The notes beneath the pieces are model-generated. The model worked only from the letters and a program-made list of their open reading frames with translations. It was not told the DNA's origin and made no database searches. The position numbers and the translations under genes are program-made. A DNA stretch of 64,000 bases from NCBI GenBank assembly GCA_903878275.1, contig CAIRHC010000007.1, positions 8,727 through 72,726 of the forward strand, read 5' to 3'. The first letter of the stretch is position 1; every line of letters starts with the position of its first letter. Source of the DNA: Candidatus Vogelbacteria bacterium. GTDB lineage: Bacteria > Patescibacteriota > Minisyncoccia > Phycocordibacterales > XYD1-FULL-46-19. Positions 8,693 through 18,339 of this stretch are shown here, piece after piece.

Positions 8693-9097
8693 ATGATTGG
8701 ATATGTAAATAATATTGAAGAACTAACTTTGGCAAATGAAAATTTTCGCCAAGTTTTATACACGGGCAAACATTGCCAATTGGTTTTAATGAGTTTAAAA
8801 CCAAGTGAAGATATTGGAATGGAGGTGCACGAAAATGTTGATCAGTTTTTTCGGATTGAAAAAGGGGAAGGCAGGGTAATTATTGATGATGTCGAACATT
8901 TGATCAAAGATGGTTCGGCGATTATTATTCCCGCCGGAGCAAATCACAATGTGATAAATTCTTCAGCTGTTGATTCGTTGAAACTTTACACAATTTATTC
9001 GCCAGCCAATCATCAAAAAGATATTGTTCATAAAACAAAAGCTGATGCGGAAGCCGATGAAGGGGTCGAACATTTTGATGGCGTAACTTCAGAATAA
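8693..9097 (+). CDS. Cupin domain protein
   Basis: NFRQVLYTG..EVH..DQFFRIE..IPAGANHNVIN. Confidence 0.88.
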   Translation: MIGYVNNIEELTLANENFRQVLYTGKHCQLVLMSLKPSEDIGMEVHENVDQFFRIEKGEGRVIIDDVEHLIKDGSAIIIPAGANHNVINSSAVDSLKLYTIYSPANHQKDIVHKTKADAEADEGVEHFDGVTSE

Positions 9098-9102
9098 TTT
9101 GT

Positions 9103-9513
9103 ATGTATTTTGTCGCTCAAAATTGGCAGGCTTGGTATGAAGCTTTGATCAAGCCGACTTGGACACCGAGTGCTGGAACTATCGGATTGATTTGGACGAT
9201 TCTTTACCCGATTATTTTAGGGAGTTATATTTACACTATTTATTTGTGGCGTAAAGGCAAGTTGCCGATTAAAGTTCCGCTAATTTTTTCCGTAAACGTT
9301 TTAGCTAATTTAATTTTTACGCCAATTCAATTTGGTTTGGAAAATCTCTGGCTCGCTAGTCTGGATATTTTGGTGGTTTGGACAACGATCGTTTTGCTGA
9401 TTTTTAGTGCTTGGCGTCACAATAAATTTTTAGCGCTAGTCCAGATCCCGTATCTTACATGGGTTTCAATTGCGACTGTTTTACAACTGACCGTCAACGC
9501 TTGGAATTTTTAG
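9103..9513 (+). CDS. TspO/MBR family protein
   Basis: WYEALIKPTWTP..IWTILY..IPYLTWVSIA. Confidence 0.88.
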   Translation: MYFVAQNWQAWYEALIKPTWTPSAGTIGLIWTILYPIILGSYIYTIYLWRKGKLPIKVPLIFSVNVLANLIFTPIQFGLENLWLASLDILVVWTTIVLLIFSAWRHNKFLALVQIPYLTWVSIATVLQLTVNAWNF

Positions 9514-9859
9514 AAATCATTTTAGCCAAGTAAAACAAGGGTTTCACACCGGCTAAGGCAAAAATTGGCAGCGGAAATCTGACGTTTCACAGACAAGAGA
9601 ATTGAAAAAGGTGGGTGCTTAATTACTAAAATAGTTTAAAATCAAAAATATCTAGCTGTTTAAATCTAGAAGTCCAAGGTTCGTCGGTGGCAAGATTTAA
9701 TATTTTACTCCTGTTTTGTTTCGGCTGGAAGTTTGGTTTGACTTTGATATTACTTTTTGTTTTAATGTTTGTGTGTAGTAAGTTTCCTAAATTATTTTGG
9801 GTCAAAAATAATTTAGGAAGGTCAGCTTACTCAATATTAGAATTGTTAATTTGTGTTAA

Positions 9860-10240
9860 ATGTCTAGCAAGTTATATGTCGGGGGTTTGCCATACAAAAC
9901 AAATGATGGCGAAATGCAACAGTTGTTTGCTCAAGCAGGAAGTGTGACTTCCTCACGAGTTATTATTGATAAAATGACCGGTCGTTCACGAGGTTTTGGT
10001 TTTATTGAAATGGCGTCTGATGAAGATGCGCAAAAAGCGATTTCAATGTTTAACGGTCAAGAATATGAAGGACGAAAATTGATCGTCAACGAAGCTCGTC
10101 CGATGGAAGATCGTCCTCCACGTCGTGAAGGTGGTTACAATAATAATCGCGGTGGCAATGGCGGAGGCTATGGCAGTAATGGCAGTGGTTATGGTGGCAA
10201 CAATAGTTATGGCGGAAACGGCGGAGGCAATCGCTACTAA
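9860..10240 (+). CDS. RRM RNA-binding protein with Gly-rich tail
   Basis: KLYVGGL (RNP2), RGFGFIEM (RNP1), VNEARP. Confidence 0.92.
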   Translation: MSSKLYVGGLPYKTNDGEMQQLFAQAGSVTSSRVIIDKMTGRSRGFGFIEMASDEDAQKAISMFNGQEYEGRKLIVNEARPMEDRPPRREGGYNNNRGGNGGGYGSNGSGYGGNNSYGGNGGGNRY

Positions 10241-10336
10241 TTTTATTTCTTGAATTTTTAATTAAATAAAACAAAAAATCTGGCAATCTTTGTCAGATTT
10301 TTTGTTTCTAAAATTTTATCGTGGTAAAATAAAACC

Positions 10337-10558
10337 ATGTTTTATGGTTTAGCAATTTTAGCTCTCGCCTGGTTGGTTCAACTTCTTTCTGTGTGGAAAG
10401 GAAGACACACTTTGCAACCATGGTTTCTTCGCTTATCGGTGGTCGGGTTTGTGCTGATCGTTCTGGAAACTTTTGATAAAAATAATTTGCCACACTCGTG
10501 GCCGGCGCTCGCTTCGCTCGCGATTATTTTGATTTTAACCTGGCGGTTTCGGAAATAG
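10337..10558 (+). CDS. Small membrane protein
   Basis: Three hydrophobic segments; followed by a terminator hairpin. Confidence 0.6.
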   Translation: MFYGLAILALAWLVQLLSVWKGRHTLQPWFLRLSVVGFVLIVLETFDKNNLPHSWPALASLAIILILTWRFRK

Positions 10559-10599
10559 GATCGCAAAATAAAAACCGGAAAAATCCGGTTTTTATTTTG

Positions 10600-10670
10600 T
10601 GCGGGATGGGAGAGTCGAACTCCCCACCACAGTTTGGAAAACTGTTATTTTACCGATAAACTAATCCCGC
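10600..10670 (-). tRNA. tRNA-Gly(TCC)
   Basis: Minus strand GCGGGAT/ATCCCGC, ACAGT-TTTCCAA-ACTGT, GTTCGACT. Confidence 0.92.
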
Positions 10671-10812
10671 CAAAATTCGCTGGAGCGAATTTTGGCGGGC
10701 AAATCCACCTCATTCGCATCTCAACAATCTTCAAAATCTTAGCAAAAAAAGTGACGAATGCCAAATCGATCAAAAATTTGAATACCATAAAAAATGGTGG
10801 TAGGATGGAAAA

Positions 10813-11643
10813 ATGAAAAAGTATTTTTATCTAAATGGCAAAATTTTACCGACGGCAAAGCCCGCTATTTTTATCAACGATCTTGGTTTGTTGCGTGGCT
10901 ATGGTGTCTTCGATTTTTTAAAAACTTACAATGGTAAACTTTTTGAGTTGTCCGAACATTACAAGCGATTTGTTAATTCGGCGAAAATGCTTGATTTGAA
11001 GGTGCCTGTGTCTGAAAAACAATTGGCCGAAATTTTATCTAAATTATTGAAAAAAAATAATTCTCGCGACGCTAGTTTCCGACTTTTGCTGACGCCTGGT
11101 CCGAGCGACAACGGTTTAAATTTTGGGACAGATAAAACCACGTTTGCTGTCTTGGTAGAGGATGTTTACGATTTACCGGCAAAACTTTTTACTCACGGCG
11201 GTAAATTGATGACTTGTGATTATCAACGAATGTTGCCGGAATCAAAGAATCTAAATTACATTCAAGCGGTCAAGCTGCAGAAAGAAAAAAACCGCAAAGG
11301 AGCGATTGAAATTCTTTATAAAAAAGAGGGTTTTATTACCGAGTGTACGACTAGTAATTTTTTCATTTTTAAAAAAGGTGTGCTGATCACCCCGAAAGAT
11401 AATATTCTCGGTGGAATTACGCGCAAAAAAGTTTTGGCTTTGGCAAAACATTTTTATCCGATTGAGGTTCGTGATTTGACCGAGAAAGAAATTTTTACTG
11501 CTGACGAAGCTTTTTTGACCGCGACCAATAAAAAAGTTTTACCAATTGTAATGATTGACGGGAAAAAGATTGGCAGTGGTAAAGTGGGTGAAGAGACCAA
11601 GAAGCTGATGAATTTGTTTGCTGATTATACTAATAATTATTAA
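10813..11643 (+). CDS. Aminotransferase class IV (PLP-dependent)
   Basis: DLGLLRGYGVFD, KNLNY, ECTTSNFF, LGGITR, ADEAFLT. Confidence 0.9.
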   Translation: MKKYFYLNGKILPTAKPAIFINDLGLLRGYGVFDFLKTYNGKLFELSEHYKRFVNSAKMLDLKVPVSEKQLAEILSKLLKKNNSRDASFRLLLTPGPSDNGLNFGTDKTTFAVLVEDVYDLPAKLFTHGGKLMTCDYQRMLPESKNLNYIQAVKLQKEKNRKGAIEILYKKEGFITECTTSNFFIFKKGVLITPKDNILGGITRKKVLALAKHFYPIEVRDLTEKEIFTADEAFLTATNKKVLPIVMIDGKKIGSGKVGEETKKLMNLFADYTNNY

Positions 11644-11692
11644 AACTAAAAATACCCCGCCGGCTACAAGCCGGCGGGGTATTTTTTATCAC

Positions 11693-11965
11693 TTATTTAA
11701 CCCCATCTTTTAAAGCTTTTCCCGCTTTAAATTTTGGTACGCGCATCGCTGGGACGTGGACCGTCTCGCCTGTGCGTGGGTTTCGCGCTTCACGCGCTTT
11801 ACGGACATTGGCAGTAAAGATACCAAGACCAGAAATTGAGACTTCGTCACCTTTTTTCAATGTAGAGATGATTGAATCGATGATGAGTTCCATTACTTTT
11901 TCGGCACCAGCCTTTGTCCCTCCGATATTTTCATGAATCAATTCGATAAGAGCTTGCTTATTCAT
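11693..11965 (-). CDS. hup: HU family DNA-binding protein
   Basis: MNKQALI..GLGIF..ARNPRTGE..VPKFKAGKALK. Confidence 0.95.
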   Translation of the reverse strand: MNKQALIELIHENIGGTKAGAEKVMELIIDSIISTLKKGDEVSISGLGIFTANVRKAREARNPRTGETVHVPAMRVPKFKAGKALKDGVK

Positions 11966-12079
11966 AGTTATAATAAATTTTATTTATTAATAAAAGCGAC
12001 CTGACTATTTGACCTGGGGCTATTATATTACAACGCTATTTTAAGCGCAACCAAATCGCAACTATTGACGAATATAATT

Positions 12080-12128
12080 TTATCTAGCGTAATCAATAAC
12101 GCGAGTTTCACGGATGATAGGGATTTTG
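12080..12128 (-). repeat. Duplicated 3' end of rny (att-like direct repeat)
   Basis: 44/49 nt identical to 13557-13605; still encodes IRETRVIDYAR-stop. Confidence 0.85.
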
Positions 12129-12198
12129 GCAGGATATTATTGTCACAGCGAACACATCGCTTTGTGGCAGTGTTATTTTTATGTATAATTAAAAGAAC

Positions 12199-12930
12199 AT
12201 GAAAAAATATTTTAATTCTTACTGCCTAATTTTTCCTATTTATTATATTATCTTCATAATCATTGGTGCTTTGGGGTACCTTTTTTTGTTTTCTAGTGGT
12301 GATTCTTTCGGTCAGGGGTTGGTATCAATATTAGGTATCCTGTTTTTCTTTTTCTGGCTTATCATCCCGCTCAATGTTTTTTTTCAATCACCACAGATTT
12401 CGGGTTATCTATCTTACTATCTGGTTGCTTTTTTGGTAAATGTGTTTATTTTATTCTATTTTGGTTTATGGTTAGATTTTTTTAGCCAAAGGAATAATCT
12501 AGAAACAAACAAGAAGGGTAATTATAAAACTAGATTAGTAATTTCTTCTTTTATCGTCATCCTTTTGATAATTAGCGCAGTATTTTCAAACATTTTTGGT
12601 TATGCTTGTGAAATCAATAAGAATTATGATAATTCTAATGACAAAGATGAGTGCTATTCCCAGCTAGGAAGTTCTCGAAAAGATATTTCGCTTTGTAACC
12701 GTATTGTTGAAGGTTCGCTTGATAGCAGAGCTTTTTATCATAAAGGATTGTGCTATGGGAAGATTGCCAAAGTCCGAAATGACGAATCTTTGTGTGGTAC
12801 ACTCAATAATAGTGGAGATCGAGATTCTTGTTACTTAATTTCTGGTTTCAGCAAAAATGATTGTTCTAAGTTGACAAGTCCAGTAGAGAAAAAATACTGC
12901 GAGTCTTCTTCCGCTGGAATTACTAGATAA
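12199..12930 (+). CDS. Membrane protein with extracellular Cys-repeat domain
   Basis: About four TM segments, then repeated C..I..D.CY motifs. Confidence 0.75.
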   Translation: MKKYFNSYCLIFPIYYIIFIIIGALGYLFLFSSGDSFGQGLVSILGILFFFFWLIIPLNVFFQSPQISGYLSYYLVAFLVNVFILFYFGLWLDFFSQRNNLETNKKGNYKTRLVISSFIVILLIISAVFSNIFGYACEINKNYDNSNDKDECYSQLGSSRKDISLCNRIVEGSLDSRAFYHKGLCYGKIAKVRNDESLCGTLNNSGDRDSCYLISGFSKNDCSKLTSPVEKKYCESSSAGITR

Positions 12931-12952
12931 AAAAAGTGGTAAAATTAAGAAG

Positions 12953-13477
12953 ATGAAAAAAGAAAACAACCTAGCTTTTATCGATGGGCAAAATTTGCAT
13001 CTTGGCACTAAATTAAACAATTGGGTCGTAGATTTATACAAATTTAGAATTTATTTAAAGGATAAGTATCACGTTACCGAGGCCTATTATTTTCTTGGCT
13101 GTGTCTCCGAAGCTGAACAAGATTTATACAATAACTTACAAAAAGCTGGTTTTATTATCGTTTTTAAAGAGCACATTACAACCTTAAAAGGAACAAAGAA
13201 GGGTAATGTGGATACTGATATTGTTTTTGAAATAATGAAAAATCTTATTGATAACAAAGATTTTGATAAAATTATTCTTGTTTCTTGCGATGGTGATTAT
13301 AAAAAGGTAGTTGATTATTCGATCAGAAAAAATCGGTTTAAAAAGATACTTTTTCCGAACCGGAAATTTGCCTCGTCTTTATATCGACATTTAGAATTGG
13401 CATTTTTTGATAATTTAGATAATCCCGATATTAGAGCAAAGATTGAATATTTACACCAAAAGAAAAGGGCTCCTTAG
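12953..13477 (+). CDS. NYN (LabA/DUF88) PIN-like ribonuclease
   Basis: AFIDGQNL, KGNVDTDIV, LVSCDGDY. Confidence 0.88.
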   Translation: MKKENNLAFIDGQNLHLGTKLNNWVVDLYKFRIYLKDKYHVTEAYYFLGCVSEAEQDLYNNLQKAGFIIVFKEHITTLKGTKKGNVDTDIVFEIMKNLIDNKDFDKIILVSCDGDYKKVVDYSIRKNRFKKILFPNRKFASSLYRHLELAFFDNLDNPDIRAKIEYLHQKKRAP

Positions 13478-13512
13478 GCACTTACACCGTTCGGATCCCT
13501 TTTCGTCTGAAT
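13461..13512 (-). ncRNA. Putative small RNA convergent on the NYN gene
   Basis: Minus-strand TTGACA-16-TATTAT at 13548-13521; nested hairpin ending in a U-tract; homolog at 33241. Confidence 0.6.
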
Positions 13513-13556
13513 ATATTAATATAATATACCCTTTTCTCTTTGTGTCAAGTGGATAA

Positions 13557-15086
13557 TTATCTCGCGTAATCAATGACGCGAGTTTCACGGATGACGGTGA
13601 TTTTGATTTCACCAGGGTATTTTAGTTCTTGTTCTATTCTCAAGGCGACATCTCGGGCTAGACGACGAGCTTCCATATCGGTCACTTGTTCTGGACTGAC
13701 GAAAACTCGAATCTCGCGTCCAGCTTGGATGGCATAAGTTTTTTCAATGCCAGGGAAAGAATTGGCGATATCCTCAAGCTCCTTCAATCGTTTTAGGTAA
13801 TTTTCAAGACTGTCACGACGAGCGCCAGGGCGAGAGCTGGAAATAGCATCGGCGACTTTCACGATAATCGACTCTAGCGTCTCAAATGGGTATTCTTCGT
13901 GGTGAGATTGCATCGCTTTGATGATATTTTCACTTGTTCCGAATTTTTCGAGAATACGGCGACCAATTTCAACGTGAGTGCCGGGAATTTCGTGATCAAC
14001 AGCTTTGCCGATATCGTGAAGCAAGCCACCAGCTTTGGCGGTTTGCGGGTCAGCCCCAAGCTCTTCGGCGAGCATTCCCGAGAGGTGAGCCACTTCGATT
14101 GAGTGTTGCAAGACGTTTTGACCATAACTCGAACGGAAATGGAGGCGACCAAGAATCAACAAAACTCGGGGGTCAAGGTTGAAAACGCCGGCTTCATAAG
14201 CGGCACGCTCACCTTTTTCTTTGATGGTCTTGGAGATTTCCTCTTTAGCTTTTTCGACAATCTCTTCAATTTTTGCTGGTTGAATACGACCGTCGGCAAT
14301 GAGGTTTTCCAGAGCGGTTTTAGCAATTTGGCGACGAACAGGGTCAAAAGACGATAAAACAATTGAGCCCGGAGTATCGTCAATTATTACCTCGACGCCC
14401 GTGGCTTTTTCAAAAGCGCGGATGTTGCGACCTTCTTTACCGATAATCTTACCCTTGATGTCGTCGGAAGTGATATCGACGGTGGTGGACATTACATCTG
14501 GTACGGTCGAGGTCGAAAGTCGTTGAATTACGGTCGAAATAATCTCTTTAGATTTTTGCTCTAAGCGGTCAGTGGCTTCCATCTCGAGTTTTTGAATTCG
14601 GACGGTGAGATCTTCTTCGTAATTTTTCTCAATAATCTTCATCATTTCACCTTTAGCCTCCTCGACAGACAGGCGAGAGACTTTTTGGAGCTCTTTTTCT
14701 TTTTCTTCTTCGATTTTTACAATTCGCTCTTTAATTTCACGAACACTTTCAATTTTTTTCTTGATCTCGTCAGCTTCTTTATCGATATCGACTTGGCGAC
14801 GATCCAAAAGCTCGTCTTTTTTGATCAGACGATCCTCTGTTTTTTTAAACTCTTTTTCTTTTTCATCTCCTTTTTCGCGAGCTTCTTGGATGATTTTTGA
14901 AGCTTCTTGTTCGGCTTCGCCGGTGGTATGCTGGGCTTTATCTTTGGCTTCTAACAGGATTTGTTTGACCTGCAACTCCATCGAACCTTTTTGGGCGGAC
15001 AAGAGGAGCCAGCGTAAAACATAGCCAATCGCCAAGCCTAAAACACCAGATGCTCCCATTAGGAGAAAGGCAATTTTTAAACTCAT
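13557..15086 (-). CDS. rny: Ribonuclease Y
   Basis: N-terminal TM, coiled coil, KH motif IIGKEGRNI, HD motif LLHDIGK, SSRPGARR. Confidence 0.96.
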   Translation of the reverse strand: MSLKIAFLLMGASGVLGLAIGYVLRWLLLSAQKGSMELQVKQILLEAKDKAQHTTGEAEQEASKIIQEAREKGDEKEKEFKKTEDRLIKKDELLDRRQVDIDKEADEIKKKIESVREIKERIVKIEEEKEKELQKVSRLSVEEAKGEMMKIIEKNYEEDLTVRIQKLEMEATDRLEQKSKEIISTVIQRLSTSTVPDVMSTTVDITSDDIKGKIIGKEGRNIRAFEKATGVEVIIDDTPGSIVLSSFDPVRRQIAKTALENLIADGRIQPAKIEEIVEKAKEEISKTIKEKGERAAYEAGVFNLDPRVLLILGRLHFRSSYGQNVLQHSIEVAHLSGMLAEELGADPQTAKAGGLLHDIGKAVDHEIPGTHVEIGRRILEKFGTSENIIKAMQSHHEEYPFETLESIIVKVADAISSSRPGARRDSLENYLKRLKELEDIANSFPGIEKTYAIQAGREIRVFVSPEQVTDMEARRLARDVALRIEQELKYPGEIKITVIRETRVIDYAR

Positions 15087-15402
15087 AAGCGTTTTGGAGT
15101 CGCTTAATATTTAGACGGTATATCTTTTTAGACAAAGAAAAATCAATTTTTCGGGCTTATTCTTGAATGATTTTTGAACATTTGTGATTTTTTTAAACAT
15201 AACCAGCTAAGTAGTAAGCAGACTTTAAATTAATATTTATAATAAAATCTTAAACTATCCTTTTTTATACGTAACATTATTATGATAGCAGACAAAAATA
15301 GGGTAGTCAAATTAGGCATAATATGGTAGAAATAAGGGTGGATAGGCTTGGTATCATTTCGGCATCAAGCTGGCTCTTTTTAAAATTAAGGAGGAAAAAA
15401 GA

Positions 15403-15672
15403 ATGAGTTCGAAAAAGAATAAGGTTGTGGTGCTCGGCGGTCACAAAATTGGTGCCGGTGACACCTTCCGGCTTTTAACGCCAAAAGAGATTTGGAAGCT
15501 TTCGCTCGAACTGGGCGAAAAAAATGCAAACTTAATTAAAAAATTTAGTGCGGTCCCTTTGGTTGTGTCGCGAGTTGAGCGGGCACCGGGTGGTCACGGA
15601 GTGGTACACTCGGAGTTTCAAGGAGAAGCCTTCTCGGTGATAAGTGGACTAGTCCGACCGACTAGCGGGTAG
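15403..15672 (+). CDS. Hypothetical protein
   Basis: AAGGAGG RBS; followed by GCCGGCGAAAC-TTC-GTTTCGCCGGC hairpin. Confidence 0.65.
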   Translation: MSSKKNKVVVLGGHKIGAGDTFRLLTPKEIWKLSLELGEKNANLIKKFSAVPLVVSRVERAPGGHGVVHSEFQGEAFSVISGLVRPTSG

Positions 15673-15835
15673 TATTTTTTTTGGCAATAAAACAGCCGGC
15701 GAAACTTCGTTTCGCCGGCTGTAATTTTTTATCTTTCCCCCCCCCTTTTTTTTTAGTTTAAAAAATAAAGCGAGGCTTCAAAAAATCTGTACCCTAAACA
15801 AGAAGATGGTGAGTGAGTATTTTTCAATCTAAATT

Positions 15836-16417
15836 TTACTTCTTTTTATTTATTATCTCATCAATAATCCCGTATTTTTTAGCTTCGTCGGCAGACATAT
15901 AGAAGTCACGGTCGAGGTCTTTTTCAATTTGGGCTTCTTTGCGTCCGGTATTTTCAGCCATAATTTTGGTCAGGTTTCTCTTTGTTTTCAAGATGTGTTC
16001 GGCCGTGATCGCAATATCCGAAGCTTGACCTTCGGTGCCACCAAGTGGCTGGTGGATCATTACTTCAGAATTTGGTAAAGCGTAGCGTTTGCCTTTAGCT
16101 CCAGCGGACAAAACCCAGGCGCCACCGGAGGCGGCAATGCCGACACAGACCGTCGAAACGTCTGGTTTGATATGACTCATCGTGTCCATTATGGCGAGAG
16201 TAGAAGAGACTGAACCGCCGGGGGAATTTACGTATAATGTGATGTCTTTTTTGTTGTCTTCGGATTCTAGAAAAAGTAGTTGGGCAATAATAATGTTGGC
16301 GACATTGTCGTCAATGGGACCGCCGAGGAAAATAATGCGATCTCGTAATAGTCGTGAATAAATATCATAGGCTCGCTCTCCGAATTGTGATTTTTCAATA
16401 ACTGTCGGTATTAACAT
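15836..16417 (-). CDS. clpP: ATP-dependent Clp protease proteolytic subunit
   Basis: [30 protein letters not shown]. Confidence 0.96.
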   Translation of the reverse strand: MLIPTVIEKSQFGERAYDIYSRLLRDRIIFLGGPIDDNVANIIIAQLLFLESEDNKKDITLYVNSPGGSVSSTLAIMDTMSHIKPDVSTVCVGIAASGGAWVLSAGAKGKRYALPNSEVMIHQPLGGTEGQASDIAITAEHILKTKRNLTKIMAENTGRKEAQIEKDLDRDFYMSADEAKKYGIIDEIINKKK

Positions 16418-16510
16418 ATTTTTTAAGAATTAAGTAATAATTTTTATTAAAGCACGGAAATGGAAAAAAGGCAAAATTTAACCGGCAAAAATCTGTGATT
16501 TTTGCCGGTA

Positions 16511-16753
16511 CTAGCCCGAATACGGATTTGGCGGAGCATTTATTATCCAGTCCCGATAATCATTTTCGGATACTGATTTTTCTCCGATCTGGTGGAGTGT
16601 TTCGTTTAACTTATTCAAGGGTACTCCCATTTCCGAGAGAACTTGAACTATTGGCACATTGCGTCGGAATTGCCGAATTGTAGCTTCGCCAAGTTGATCG
16701 ATCGTGATAGCTCCGGCGACAACCAAGTCCGATCCGAGTGGGTCTTTTTTCAT
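16511..16753 (-). CDS. Hypothetical protein
   Basis: AAAGGAGG RBS; inserted between tig and clpP. Confidence 0.6.
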   Translation of the reverse strand: MKKDPLGSDLVVAGAITIDQLGEATIRQFRRNVPIVQVLSEMGVPLNKLNETLHQIGEKSVSENDYRDWIINAPPNPYSG

Positions 16754-16846
16754 TGCAACCTCCTTTCTGGGGGATTTTGTGCTAAACCTTTAAAATTATG
16801 TCGAAAAAAAACAATAAAAGCAACCACTAAAACGAGGATTATTCCA

Positions 16847-16980
16847 TTTTTAAACCCTTGCGGAATTGTCGCCAGCATGGTTTTCGCCCTTTGTTTTTTT
16901 GTTGCTTTAGCAACAAGGGCGAAATGGCGACTTGGAGCAGAGGAAAAAGCCCCGCTGGGGCTTTTTCTGTGGTTTTAAAA
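16847..16980 (-). ncRNA. Multi-stem structured element, copy 1 (after tig)
   Basis: Homologous to 59478-59626 with compensatory changes. Confidence 0.7.
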
Positions 16981-16989
16981 TGGAATTAA

Positions 16990-18048
16990 TCAGAGTGACT
17001 CTAAGAACTCAAAAACTTTTTCATTAATAATCAGATTTCCCGCATAGGATTTCAGCCGTCTTTCGTCTACTGTCGGATATTGTTTTTTCAAATAATCAAC
17101 TTCACGTTCCAATTCTTCTTCTGGTGCTCCAATTTGTTCGGTGCGAGCAATTTCATTTAAAATCAGACTAACCTCTACTCGGTACTTAGCGTCTTTGTCC
17201 CAGCCGGTCATCAATTCATCGCGAGTTTTTTTGAGATGATTTAGATAATCGTCAAAATTCAAACCCATTTGACCGATCTGCCCTTCCATTTCTGCCATCA
17301 TTTTGTCTTTTTCGGCCTCAACCAAAATTTTCGGGATAATCATTTCCGATTTTTTGTTTATTTCATCGACAATTTTCAAGCGTTTTTTCTCTTTGGCGCG
17401 ATATTTTTTTTCTAAATCAAGATTTTCTTGAACCTTTGCTTTCAATTCGTCGAGAGTTTGAAATTGTCCGAGAGCCTTGGCAAAATCATCATTTAATTCA
17501 GGCAATTCGCCAGCCGGGGAAGGTTCGTGATCACATTTTTCACCTTCTTTGTGTTCGTGTTCGGCGTGACTATTTGTGGCACGTTGTTTGCGTAAATTTT
17601 CCAAAACATCACTTATCTCTTGATCGGTAATTTTAATTTCTTCGGCTTTTTCGCTATTCACCTCTTTGGCGATAGTTTTGTAGTCAGCCAAAGTTATCTT
17701 TGGCATCGTGGCGGTCTTTATTTTAAAACCGAGTGGATTATCTTTGGCTAGTTTGGTAATCGAGACTTCTGGTCGCCCAATAGCGTCGATTTTATGGTCA
17801 CTTAAAATATCGGGATAAATTTGACCGATGGCAATTTCACCCATTTCCAGCAATATTTTTTCTTCGCCGACTTTTTCCACCAAAACTTTTTCTGGAATAT
17901 GACCTTTGCGAAAGCCGTCAATTTGGGCATTTTCACCTAAATTCTTAATCGCTTTGGCTCGAAAAGTCGCAAAATCTTCGCTATTTAATTCGCCGACAAT
18001 TTCAATTTCGGCATCTCCAATTTTATTTATTTTAATATCTGGCTTCAT
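16990..18048 (-). CDS. tig: Trigger factor (short form, FKBP domain largely absent)
   Basis: IDGFRKGHIP ribosome-binding motif, LPELNDDFAK; 352 aa. Confidence 0.92.
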   Translation of the reverse strand: MKPDIKINKIGDAEIEIVGELNSEDFATFRAKAIKNLGENAQIDGFRKGHIPEKVLVEKVGEEKILLEMGEIAIGQIYPDILSDHKIDAIGRPEVSITKLAKDNPLGFKIKTATMPKITLADYKTIAKEVNSEKAEEIKITDQEISDVLENLRKQRATNSHAEHEHKEGEKCDHEPSPAGELPELNDDFAKALGQFQTLDELKAKVQENLDLEKKYRAKEKKRLKIVDEINKKSEMIIPKILVEAEKDKMMAEMEGQIGQMGLNFDDYLNHLKKTRDELMTGWDKDAKYRVEVSLILNEIARTEQIGAPEEELEREVDYLKKQYPTVDERRLKSYAGNLIINEKVFEFLESL

Positions 18049-18051
18049 ATT

Positions 18052-18276
18052 TTATTCTGCTGGCGTAACTTCTGGTGAGGTTGTCGCTTCAATATTATTT
18101 TGGATAATTTCCGGATTTTTTTCGGTCGGAGTTACCTCGGAAGGTGGAGGAGTTGTCGGGCTAGTCGGGGCGACACCACCGTTGATGCCGTAAAACCAAA
18201 ACCAGCCACCAAAAAAGAGGATGGCGACAACGAGCGTAATAATAATGATTGGACCTTGAACGTCTTTGTTTTCCAT
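18052..18276 (-). CDS. Small membrane-anchored Pro/Thr-rich protein
   Basis: Single TM followed by a PT-rich tail. Confidence 0.7.
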   Translation of the reverse strand: MENKDVQGPIIIITLVVAILFFGGWFWFYGINGGVAPTSPTTPPPSEVTPTEKNPEIIQNNIEATTSPEVTPAE

Positions 18277-18339
18277 ATGATTTTACTTGGGCGAACATCC
18301 CGAAGGGATGTTTTAGCCTAGAATTAAACTATTAATTTT

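Noticed and set aside
15090-15290. 6S RNA or other ncRNA upstream of rny
   Set aside because: AT-rich; no convincing long irregular hairpin by eye
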